A stretch of DNA of 24,000 bases from Janthinobacterium sp. B9-8. GTDB lineage: Bacteria; Pseudomonadota; Gammaproteobacteria; Burkholderiales; Chitinibacteraceae. Each line of letters starts with the position of its first letter. Position 1 is the stretch's first letter. Positions 9,192 to 17,438 of the stretch are shown piece after piece. The stretch is taken from positions 1,653,740 to 1,677,739 of the forward strand of contig NZ_CP014222.1 in the NCBI RefSeq assembly GCF_000969645.2, in the 5' to 3' direction. The notes under the pieces were generated by a model. That model saw only the letters and a list, made by a program, of their open reading frames with translations, was not told where the DNA came from and did not search any database. The position numbers and the translations under genes are program-made.

Positions 9192-11454
9192 TCGCTACTT
9201 CCCCGCCACAGATTAAATCACCCAGATCCAGCACTTCACCCATAGCATCAGGCACATCAATCCACACCGTACAAGACACACCCTTGTTTTGTAATTCAAA
9301 TGGGTATTTGCCCGGCGCGATGTCTTCCAGATAGATTTTTCCATTGACATCGGTCATCGCAAGCAACTCGCCATCGGGCTGTTTTAAGCGCATCGGCGTA
9401 TTGATATAGGGCTGCTGCTGGGTATCTAATATTCGCGCTTCAAAAGCACGGATTTTCTTGGCCGCGAAGGTAACCCGCCGCCCCATATTTTGCCCCGGCA
9501 TCACATCAAGACGCAGCTTAGGCAAGGTATATTCAATAGGAATATCATCCTGCACCAAGGCAATTTGCTGTTGCCCATAACTACTTAATTCTGACACCCA
9601 CAAATAGCCCTCTTCATCGGTATGGCCAATCAACTGGCTATTTTGCGTAACGCCTACCCCAGACAAACCTTCACTCTGAACCAGAGCAAAGCTTTGATTA
9701 ATAGGCCGACTTGCACCCCACAGACCATCCACATAAGCCACCGCACCTTCGGCAGCCACTCTGTAGCTACTACGGCCATCGTATTGCCTTGCGCTTGCCG
9801 TGAGTTGAGATTGCGCAAATCGCCCCTGCACATAGGCATCTTGCGATGTACCTACCCGATCACGCTCTGTATTAATCCGATATGACCAGCCCTCACCTGC
9901 GGGGGTATTTTTGGCGTAATAGGCATTGATTCTTTGCTGATTCAATTCATCACGCTGCACGCCCATGCCTGCCGATTGATTGCCATCGAATAGCCAAGTT
10001 AAATTAATAAACCCCTGAGTGCCATTGTTTCGAAGTGAAAGCGCTGTAGACACCGAGAAATCCCGCACCGGGCTTGCAGAAAAACTCAGCCTTAAAGCAT
10101 TCGCTGTTTCTGCCGTCCCTCCCATCTGGCGCATTAAATCCACACCCCAGTTGCCCATATTTTCACTCCCAAAACCAAAGCCCACGCTGCCATTCCATGC
10201 GGGCACAGGCAAATCAAACATGGCGGGTAGGTAATGAGCACTTTGCTGCTGCAACATGGCGCGCAAATTAAAAGCCTGCTCTTCATAGCGATAGTTAAAC
10301 AGGCTTGCTTGCCCCTGCTCTTCGCCATTTTTTGCCCAGGATGCAGCCGCCCCCAGCACGCCGTAATCGCCCAGGCGGATATTAGCCAAAGCGCCTGCGC
10401 TCTGATGCCCCGGGGTGCGCTCTGCACGTAAACCCACGGTCAGATAATCACTCACGCCGTAGCGGTGCAAGCCTGAAAATGCAGCACCCTGATAGTGATC
10501 GAAGCCCTCTTTTCGCTCAACGCCCGCATTGTAATTAAACTCGTGCAAGCCAGACTTCAGCAGGGAGTCATCAAAATAATAGGGCAAATTATAAACCTGA
10601 CGGTTGCCATACTGATCTCTCACCACCACCGCAATATCCTGAAAACCTGAAAAATAGCTCAGGTCTTGAAACTGATACATCCCCGGCTGTAGATCAATAT
10701 TTTTGACGATCACGCCATTGATAAAAATTTCAGCCTTGGATGGACTGGTGATGGGCGCACCGCCATTTAAGCCCGGCTTTGTTTCAAAATAAGGCTGCAT
10801 TGAAAACACACGGCTTACCCCTATCCCCGCCATCGACACACCGCGCCCCAAAGCCCCCGCTGTAGATGAAATGTCTCCCAAGGTGATGCGCATCATTTGA
10901 TCTGGGCTATCGTAGCTCAGCGTGCTATCCAGTCGCAGCCAGCCTTGATCCTGGCTCTGATAATCGTGGCGGCTACGTAGATTCCAGCCCTGTGTGGCCA
11001 TATTTAATGTGGGCGCTAAGCCAATGACCGTTTGCCCGCTGACATCTCGGCCAGCCGACACCGCATAATTTAAATAAGCCGATGTCCCTCCCTGCCAAGG
11101 GCGGATATGATTTTGCTGGGAGAAGCTCGATGTTTGTAGTGGCAATAAAGCAGGATCAGACTGCAGACTGGCTTGCAACAAATTCAAATCAAGCTCGGCC
11201 TTTACGCCCGTAATTTGATCCATCCGCACAAAACGACGCCCAGCAAAAAGCTGACTACTGCCTTTTACCTCACTCAGGCCCATGCCTTTAAGAGCATCCA
11301 CGTCCAGCCAGTAAATATCGGCCTCTAATCTGGCTTCAAGATCGCCTTTTGCCATGCCATTGAGCATGATATTAAGGATCAGCGGCTCGGCGGCGGCACT
11401 TGCAAAGCGGCAGCTACATAATAGCAAGGCCCATAAGGCAATTTTACGTGCCAT
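9181..11454 (-). CDS. Fimbrial outer-membrane usher (CsuD-like, archaic chaperone-usher class)
   Basis: 757 aa with a signal peptide. The length, beta-rich Gly/Tyr/Ser/Gln composition and position between a PapD-like chaperone and pilin genes all fit an usher. The start overlaps the chaperone stop (TAATG). Confidence 0.9.
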   Translation of the reverse strand: MARKIALWALLLCSCRFASAAAEPLILNIMLNGMAKGDLEARLEADIYWLDVDALKGMGLSEVKGSSQLFAGRRFVRMDQITGVKAELDLNLLQASLQSDPALLPLQTSSFSQQNHIRPWQGGTSAYLNYAVSAGRDVSGQTVIGLAPTLNMATQGWNLRSRHDYQSQDQGWLRLDSTLSYDSPDQMMRITLGDISSTAGALGRGVSMAGIGVSRVFSMQPYFETKPGLNGGAPITSPSKAEIFINGVIVKNIDLQPGMYQFQDLSYFSGFQDIAVVVRDQYGNRQVYNLPYYFDDSLLKSGLHEFNYNAGVERKEGFDHYQGAAFSGLHRYGVSDYLTVGLRAERTPGHQSAGALANIRLGDYGVLGAAASWAKNGEEQGQASLFNYRYEEQAFNLRAMLQQQSAHYLPAMFDLPVPAWNGSVGFGFGSENMGNWGVDLMRQMGGTAETANALRLSFSASPVRDFSVSTALSLRNNGTQGFINLTWLFDGNQSAGMGVQRDELNQQRINAYYAKNTPAGEGWSYRINTERDRVGTSQDAYVQGRFAQSQLTASARQYDGRSSYRVAAEGAVAYVDGLWGASRPINQSFALVQSEGLSGVGVTQNSQLIGHTDEEGYLWVSELSSYGQQQIALVQDDIPIEYTLPKLRLDVMPGQNMGRRVTFAAKKIRAFEARILDTQQQPYINTPMRLKQPDGELLAMTDVNGKIYLEDIAPGKYPFELQNKGVSCTVWIDVPDAMGEVLDLGDLICGGEVASVS

Positions 11455-12173
11455 TATTTACAAGCCGATGCGGGAATGTCCAGGGGCACACTCAGGCGAT
11501 GGCGATCAAAAGACACATCAATTTGGTGATGGCCTGGCGAGCAATGCGCCAGAGGAAAATGGTAATCACGCTCTGCCCCCGCCAATAAATACCATGCGCT
11601 GAATTCTTGCTGATCCAGTTTTAGCGTTTCACTTTTTAACGAAGACAATCTTAAAGTGGCATTGCCGGTGTTTTTCAGCCTAAAGCTGAATTCGCCTTTT
11701 TTAAGCTGCCTATTTTCCATGGCCGCAGCCAAGTTTAAAGAGGCGGGCTGAACAAAGATCGGCACGCCAAAACTCAGCACCATTGATAGCTGAGAGCTAC
11801 CCACCTCACTTTTAAGCGGTGGCTGCTCATTCACATACAGGCGATAAGCCAGCTCATTGGCGGCTCTGGGCACCCGCAAACCAATACGCACTACGCGCTG
11901 GCTATGCGGTGCGATTTCCGCTTGCTTAGGAAAAAACAACAGATCACTGGTATCGCTATACAGATCTTCGCCAGTGGCATCCTGCTCCCAGCGCTTAGCG
12001 TCGAGCGCCACACGCAAGGGGGTGTCTCCCACATTGGCAATCGTAATAGAAGAGGTTTTATCTTTAGCCGTAAAATCCAGACGCACTGGCGATACAGAAA
12101 ACTGTGCGGCAAAAGCACCGGCACAAAACAAGCTGATCCATCCAGCTAATAAGCGAATCAAGACCTTTTGCAT
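11454..12173 (-). CDS. Periplasmic pilus chaperone (PapD fold, CsuC-like)
   Basis: 239 aa with a signal peptide (LFCAGAFAAQF). The N-terminal FSVSPVRLDF...SSITIANVGDTPLRV pattern is typical of chaperone domain 1. It is translationally coupled to the usher. Confidence 0.85.
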   Translation of the reverse strand: MQKVLIRLLAGWISLFCAGAFAAQFSVSPVRLDFTAKDKTSSITIANVGDTPLRVALDAKRWEQDATGEDLYSDTSDLLFFPKQAEIAPHSQRVVRIGLRVPRAANELAYRLYVNEQPPLKSEVGSSQLSMVLSFGVPIFVQPASLNLAAAMENRQLKKGEFSFRLKNTGNATLRLSSLKSETLKLDQQEFSAWYLLAGAERDYHFPLAHCSPGHHQIDVSFDRHRLSVPLDIPASACK

Positions 12174-12356
12174 GTCAGGCTCTTTGAAGTAATGTTTAGA
12201 TCACGCCGCCTACCCGCCCCGCCGAGTGGGGGCAGGCTAGCTTGGCGCAAGAATAGAAAAACATGACCCAATAAACCCTGCCGCTACTGCAGCAAAGTGG
12301 CCAATGTCTTTAGGGAAGTACTGATTAAATTGTCACCTCCGAATGTGTTATCGAAG

Positions 12357-12394
12357 ATCCAGTGCAAATACTGGATTCCCACCTAAATGGGAAT
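12357..12394. repeat. Nested hairpin repeat containing a dRS3-type motif ATTCCC-N8-GGGAAT
   Basis: ATCCAGT-gcaaat-ACTGGAT (12357-12376) overlaps ATTCCC-acctaaat-GGGAAT (12375-12394). On the minus strand it reads ATTCCC-N8-GGGAATCCAG, which has the same form as the Neisseria dRS3 repeat and its usual flank. Confidence 0.5.
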
Positions 12395-12537
12395 AACGAA
12401 ACCGAATAATGCAGAGCCTCCCCTAGGGAAGCCCCACCTTAGTCATCACCCCGCATGCTTTTTTTAAAATCCAGCGTGCACACTGAATCTCTGCCAGAGC
12501 GGGTGCAATGAAACGGCATGCCTCTTTAGCAGAGCAC

Positions 12538-12996
12538 TTAAGGAGCAACAGTCAGCACAACCGTATCGGCATAATCACCCGCCTTGGCATTTTGATATGC
12601 ATCGCCTGCTACGGTGGCCGTCAGCATGACTTTATTTTCTTTTAAACCGCCCTCACCCACGCCTGATGTTTTATCTACGGTCAGATCGTATTCAATCAAA
12701 TCACCAACATCACCACTGGCTAGCTTAATATTTTTTTTACCGTCTGCACCATTTAAGCCATCGTTCATCGAAACTGTGTAGCTGGTGCCCTTGGAACACC
12801 AAAAACTGATATCCGCTGTTGTTTGTTTATTTTCAACAATACCGGGGGTCATATCTGGAATTGTCATGGTGACATCAGATGGGCTTACAAAAGTGCAAAC
12901 GGGTAATACTTTGCCTAATACATGGACATTTACATTAGCAGCAATAGCAGGAAAAGTAGCCGAGGCAAATAAAGTAGCCAAAATCATTTTCTTCAT
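12538..12996 (-). CDS. SCPU-domain pilin, likely the major subunit (CsuA/B-like)
   Basis: 152 aa with a signal peptide ending AIA|ANVNV and an N-terminal donor-strand-like segment. It has Cys...FWCSKGTSY and the C-terminal YADTVVLTVAP strand. A strong RBS (AAGAGGG) precedes it, a 194-bp AT-rich leader lies upstream and a structured spacer lies downstream. Confidence 0.85.
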   Translation of the reverse strand: MKKMILATLFASATFPAIAANVNVHVLGKVLPVCTFVSPSDVTMTIPDMTPGIVENKQTTADISFWCSKGTSYTVSMNDGLNGADGKKNIKLASGDVGDLIEYDLTVDKTSGVGEGGLKENKVMLTATVAGDAYQNAKAGDYADTVVLTVAP

Positions 12997-13190
12997 TGAA
13001 TCCCTCTTTTATTTAATAAAGTCAATAAGTAATAACAAGGAGAATTCTATAATAAATTTCCGACGACAATAAGCTAAATACTTTACAAAAAAAGGGTGAT
13101 CTATATCATTCAAATGATTATTAAGGGGTACTTTTACATTGCATTAGAAACACCTATATAAAAATAAAAAATTATCAACATAAAAATAAA

Positions 13191-13655
13191 TTACGGATTT
13201 ATTTTTAAAACAACTAAATCAGAATAATTCCCAGTTTTAATTGCAAGATAATCTGCACCGCGCACACTGGCACTTAATTTTAATGGAATAAGCACAGCCT
13301 CCCCCGAGCCCACGCCGCCGCTCAGACTGCTTTGCAAGTGATAAGGCAGATAATCCCCGCCCTTGCTATTTGCCATTTTTCTGGTACGGCCCTGTCCTTG
13401 ATTAAAGTAGAGGCCATTATCAAGCTCCACCTTATAGCGTGTGCCTTTAGAACAGGAAAAACTCACCTCGCCTACCACATTGCGATCTCCCTGCCCCGGC
13501 GTTAAACCACCAAAATCAAGCACTACATCATCAGGCTGGGCAAAGACACAACTTCCTATGACTTCGGCACTCACACGCTGAGATTCTGCAAGCGCAGAAA
13601 AAGAAAACAATACCAAGAACAAACAAAATGCAAATCGAAACATACAACTAATCAT
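13191..13655 (-). CDS. SCPU-domain pilus subunit
   Basis: 154 aa with a signal peptide ending ALA|ESQ. It has SCVF...FSCSKGTRYKV and the C-terminal NYSDLVVLKINP strand. It is a paralog of the 12538-12996 subunit. Confidence 0.85.
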   Translation of the reverse strand: MISCMFRFAFCLFLVLFSFSALAESQRVSAEVIGSCVFAQPDDVVLDFGGLTPGQGDRNVVGEVSFSCSKGTRYKVELDNGLYFNQGQGRTRKMANSKGGDYLPYHLQSSLSGGVGSGEAVLIPLKLSASVRGADYLAIKTGNYSDLVVLKINP

Positions 13656-13889
13656 TTAAAACTCCATCACAACGCGCTCCACGGCCGAGGCACCGCTATT
13701 CTCAATACGCTTAAATGAACGCACAAAGTTTAAAGGCCGTGAGCAGATTGAAGCAGCCGCGGTTATCGCAGATACTTTGCTAGAAATTGCGCAACGGGGA
13801 AGCACCCTAGACTGCACTTTTACATTAATTGCCCATGCTGATTGAGTAAATGCATAGCATAATAAATAGCAACAAATTAATCGCATCAT
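13656..13889 (-). CDS. Mini SCPU-like secreted protein (77 aa) or a degenerate pilin remnant
   Basis: Signal peptide MMRLICCYLLCYAFTQSAWA|INVKVQSRVLPRCAIS. It keeps the N-terminal strand, both Cys and a C-terminal VERVVMEF strand but lacks the central part of the SCPU domain. Its TAA stop directly abuts the ATG of the next pilin. I started it at the ATG at 13887-13889 rather than the track's GTG at 13907. Confidence 0.45.
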   Translation of the reverse strand: MMRLICCYLLCYAFTQSAWAINVKVQSRVLPRCAISSKVSAITAAASICSRPLNFVRSFKRIENSGASAVERVVMEF

Positions 13890-13922
13890 ATTCTCAACAA
13901 AAACCACGTCGCAAGGTAATTA

Positions 13923-13954
13923 GTCTAAATAAATAGACCACTATTTATTTAGAC
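13923..13954 (-). promoter_or_regulatory. Perfect 14-bp inverted repeat (candidate dadA terminator hairpin or operator for the pilus operon)
   Basis: GTCTAAATAAATAG-acca-CTATTTATTTAGAC lies 8 nt downstream of the dadA-family stop and about 35 nt upstream of the first pilus-operon ORF. No clean U-tract follows it. Confidence 0.5.
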
Positions 13955-13962
13955 CGCCTCAA

Positions 13963-15210
13963 TTACTGAAAACAAAAATCAACCTCAGGCGTTTTACCGG
14001 AAATTAAATCGGCAATCGCCAATGCCGAGCCACAGCACTCTGTCCAGCCCAAGGTGCCATGCCCCGTATTCAGCCATAGGCTTGGATAGCGTGTACGGCC
14101 AATATAAGGCAGATTGCCTGGCGTTGCTGGGCGCAAGCCTGTCCAGAACTCAGCAGATGCATAATCGCCACCGTTGGGAAAAATATCCCTTACACGATCA
14201 ATAATCGCCTTACAACGCACGGCTTTTAAATCCAGATTATAGCCATCAAACTCTGCTGTCCCTGCCACGCGCAGATGATCCCCCAATCTAGAGAAAACCA
14301 GTTTATGCCCATCATCGGTCAGGCTTACAGTCGGTGCACAATGCTCGGCACGCACTGGAATCGTGGCGGAATACCCCTTAGCAGGGTAAATATCCAAGTT
14401 AATCCCTAATGGGCGTAAATGCAGCGGACTGTAGCTACCTAAGCTCACCACAAAAGCATCTGCGCTAAGCGACTCTGCACCATGGCCCCCTACCACTCGC
14501 ACGGCCTGCACATCACCTCCCGCACAATCAAAGCCCGCTATTTCACAATCGTAGCGAAACTTCACCCCAGCCTGCTCGCACAGGAGCGCTAATTCATTGG
14601 TAAACAAGCGTGCATCGCCCGATTCATCACTCGGCGTATACGTGCCACCGACAATCGGGCGCATCGAATCACGCAAAGCAGGCTCAATCAATAAACACTC
14701 TGCTGTCGATTTAACTTGCCGATCTAGGCCCAACTCGCCCATTAACTTGGCGGCAGGGATGGCTGATTCAAACTCGGCTTGCTCGGTGTAGTAATGCAAA
14801 ATCCCTTCGGTGCGCTGATGATATTCAATACCGGTGGCCGCACGTAAAGCTTGCAAAGTATCTCTACTATACAAGCCCAAGCGCACCAGGTTTTGCAGGT
14901 TGTAGCGCGCCTTCTCTCGTGTGCACTGTTGTAAAAAGCGCAAACCCCAGCGCCATTGATTCCAGTCAAGCTTAAAGCGAAATAGCAGTGGCGCGTCTTC
15001 CTCACCCAACCATTGCAACGCTTTCCACGGTGCTTTTGGATTAGCCCAAGGCTCGGCATGGCAAACGGATATTTGCCCGCCATTGGCATAGCTGGTTTCT
15101 CTTGCCGCTTCAGGTGCACGCTCAATCACCGTCACTTCGTGCCCTGCCTGGCTTAGAAACCAGGCCGAGGTAATACCAATCACACCTGCCCCCAACACAA
15201 TCACCTTCAT
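13963..15210 (-). CDS. dadA: D-amino acid dehydrogenase (DadA family FAD oxidoreductase)
   Basis: 415 aa with MKVIVLGAGVIGITSAWFL..GHEVTVIER (FAD Rossmann fold) and C-terminal FWTGLRPATPGNLPYIGRT...LWLNTGHGTLGWT, which closely parallels E. coli DadA. An AAGGA RBS is present. Confidence 0.85.
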   Translation of the reverse strand: MKVIVLGAGVIGITSAWFLSQAGHEVTVIERAPEAARETSYANGGQISVCHAEPWANPKAPWKALQWLGEEDAPLLFRFKLDWNQWRWGLRFLQQCTREKARYNLQNLVRLGLYSRDTLQALRAATGIEYHQRTEGILHYYTEQAEFESAIPAAKLMGELGLDRQVKSTAECLLIEPALRDSMRPIVGGTYTPSDESGDARLFTNELALLCEQAGVKFRYDCEIAGFDCAGGDVQAVRVVGGHGAESLSADAFVVSLGSYSPLHLRPLGINLDIYPAKGYSATIPVRAEHCAPTVSLTDDGHKLVFSRLGDHLRVAGTAEFDGYNLDLKAVRCKAIIDRVRDIFPNGGDYASAEFWTGLRPATPGNLPYIGRTRYPSLWLNTGHGTLGWTECCGSALAIADLISGKTPEVDFCFQ

Positions 15211-15480
15211 GGTTTTTCCTTATAAATCAATTCTGAATCTGACGCGCTTACCTGCTAAAAACAATTTCATACATAACAGAAAAATATAATGAATACGGCC
15301 CATCTCAATATTCAAGCAACAAGACATCGCTCAATTGTTTTTACAAAAACATTAACAAAAGCGATTCATAATACTTGATTAAGAATCATGAAATGATGAT
15401 ACGTTTTACTAGAAAGCCATGACTTGATCTAAACTAACATCTGAAACCCTCAACCTACCCAAGCCAAGCCCCACCACGCT

Positions 15481-17337
15481 ATGAATCTGTCGCTTCGAAC
15501 CGCTATTATTTTTGCCACCCTTTTAGGCTTATTACTGCCCTCTGGCGTGAATGGCTATATCAGCCTGACTCGCCAGCTGGATAATGCCCAGCGACAAATC
15601 AATCTGGATCACCAGCGCATTGCAGATATTCTGGTATTGGGTATGCAGGAGCCACTCTGGAATCTCTCTCCTGATGCAGGTAAGCCCCTGCTGGAATCAG
15701 TGATCAGCGACGAGCGCATTGTGCGTATTACGGTTAATGACTCCACGCTAGGCCTGTTTATTGAAGCCAATAAGCCAGAGCGCCGCCGAGGCCATTTACA
15801 CTCCCTCACCCGTGTAGTGAGTAAGCAAGGCAGCAATATTGGCACCATCACCATTGAGTTAGACGATGGCAATGCCACCACCCGCATTCGCAGCGAGCAA
15901 CGTCTCTATCTGGCCGCAGTACTTTTACAAATCGTACTCAGCCTTGGGCTGATTCTATTACTGCTTGAATCACGCATTATCCGTCCACTGGCCGAACTAT
16001 CCCGCCAAGCCATTCAGCTTGCTCGCCGGGAGCTGGACGAAGCCTTTATCTGGCGGCGCAGTGATGAAATCGGCACCCTGGGGCAAAACTTAGAAACCAC
16101 CCGTAAATCGCTTAGCGATTTAATCCTCACGCTTGAGCAAAAAAACCTGCAACTGGAAACCGACATCCTTGGCCGCAGGCAAATTGAGCTAGCCCTGCGC
16201 GCCAGCCAGGATCGCTATCGCAGGCTGGTTGAATCGACGCATATTATCCCCTGGGATGCCAACCCGGATGAATGGCGGCTCACCTATGTTGGCCCGCAAG
16301 CCGAAGCACTGCTTGGCTACCCCTTAGCTCAGTGGTATCAGGAAGGCTTTCTTTCCAGCTATCTGCATCCGGACGACAGACACCACGCTTACCGCCTCTT
16401 TAGTGAAACCAGCAAGACCGGGATTTCTGAATTTGAATGCCGCTTTTTAAGCAGCAACGGCGAAGAAAAATGGGTACTACTCACCGCCTCAGCCCAGTGC
16501 GACGCCGATAATAAACGCACTTTGCAAGGCTTTATTATTGATATCAGCGAGCGCAAGCAAGCCGAGCTGGATATGGAACGCTACCGCAATCACCTCGAAG
16601 AAGTGGTTGAAGCACGCACCCGAGCGCTGGCCTCGGCCAATCACGAGCTGGAAGCTTTTTCTTATTCGGTATCGCATGATCTGCGCATTCCGCTACGCAC
16701 CATCGAAGGCTTTAGCCAAGTGCTACTGGAAGACTATATTGGCTCGCTGGATATCAATGCCCGCAACTATTTAGCGCGCATCCGCAGTACCACGCACAAT
16801 ATGACCAGCCTGATTGACGATTTACTTAATCTATCCAAACTCACCCGCATTGAAGTGCGCTGCCAGACCATCAACCTAAGCGCTTTAAGCGAAGAAATCG
16901 TTGATGAATTCCGCAGCCTGCAGCCACAACGGCAAATTGATATTCATATCGAGGACAACTTAAAGGCCAACGCCGACCCTAAGTTGATGCTGATTGCGCT
17001 CAGACATCTACTCGATAACGCATGGAAATTTACCGAGCAAACTCAAGATGCAAAAATCGCCATTGGCGCAAATGAGATCAATGGGCAAACTGTTTTCTTC
17101 ATTCAGGACAACGGAATCGGCTTTGATATGGCCCATGCCAATAAAATATTTTCGCCTTTTCAGCGCCTGCATTCACATGCCGAGCTCACCGGTAATGGCA
17201 TAGGCCTTGCCATTGTGCAGCGAATTATCCACCGCCATGATGGGCGCATCTGGGCTAAATCTCAGGCAGGCAGCCACACCGTTTTCTACTTTACTCTGCC
17301 CAATAAGCCCCACGCAGAGCACCGCCAGCCACACTGA
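15481..17337 (+). CDS. Membrane sensor histidine kinase (2 TM periplasmic sensor - HAMP - PAS - HisKA - HATPase)
   Basis: 618 aa with TM segments near residues 7-29 and 142-163 and a HAMP-like linker. It has a PAS region ([17 protein letters not shown]...), the H-box [14 protein letters not shown], an N-box LLDNAWKF and G-boxes DNGIGF / GNGIGLAIV. No response regulator is adjacent. Confidence 0.9.
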   Translation: MNLSLRTAIIFATLLGLLLPSGVNGYISLTRQLDNAQRQINLDHQRIADILVLGMQEPLWNLSPDAGKPLLESVISDERIVRITVNDSTLGLFIEANKPERRRGHLHSLTRVVSKQGSNIGTITIELDDGNATTRIRSEQRLYLAAVLLQIVLSLGLILLLLESRIIRPLAELSRQAIQLARRELDEAFIWRRSDEIGTLGQNLETTRKSLSDLILTLEQKNLQLETDILGRRQIELALRASQDRYRRLVESTHIIPWDANPDEWRLTYVGPQAEALLGYPLAQWYQEGFLSSYLHPDDRHHAYRLFSETSKTGISEFECRFLSSNGEEKWVLLTASAQCDADNKRTLQGFIIDISERKQAELDMERYRNHLEEVVEARTRALASANHELEAFSYSVSHDLRIPLRTIEGFSQVLLEDYIGSLDINARNYLARIRSTTHNMTSLIDDLLNLSKLTRIEVRCQTINLSALSEEIVDEFRSLQPQRQIDIHIEDNLKANADPKLMLIALRHLLDNAWKFTEQTQDAKIAIGANEINGQTVFFIQDNGIGFDMAHANKIFSPFQRLHSHAELTGNGIGLAIVQRIIHRHDGRIWAKSQAGSHTVFYFTLPNKPHAEHRQPH

Positions 17338-17372
17338 GTAAAGTGGCAAGATCCACAAAATCAGTAAAACAC

Positions 17373-17402
17373 TTTTCATTTACAGAACGATTGTTCTATA
17401 AT
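17373..17402 (+). promoter_or_regulatory. recA promoter with an overlapping palindromic operator AGAAC-N4-GTTCT
   Basis: A perfect TATAAT lies at 17397-17402, and the weak -35 candidate TTTTCA lies at 17373-17378. The palindrome AGAACgattGTTCT (17384-17397) abuts and overlaps the -10 box, about 40 nt upstream of the recA ATG. Confidence 0.5.
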
Positions 17403-17438
17403 CACCCATCTTATTTAAACAGCGCTCGGGACACACAC

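Noticed and set aside
12205-12235. GC-rich block CCCGCCCCGCCGAGTGGGGGCAGG as a possible third fragment of the 21174-21393 element (compare CCCGCCCGCCGCCGACT)
   Set aside because: The similarity covers only about 15 nt of low-complexity G/C sequence, and neither conserved terminus of the element is present. It is too weak to call without an alignment statistic.
17343-17438. 32-aa N-terminal extension of recA from the GTG at 17343
   Set aside because: The extension ([32 protein letters not shown]) has no RecA homology and would cover the TATAAT box and the palindromic operator. The canonical RecA N-terminus begins at the ATG at 17439.
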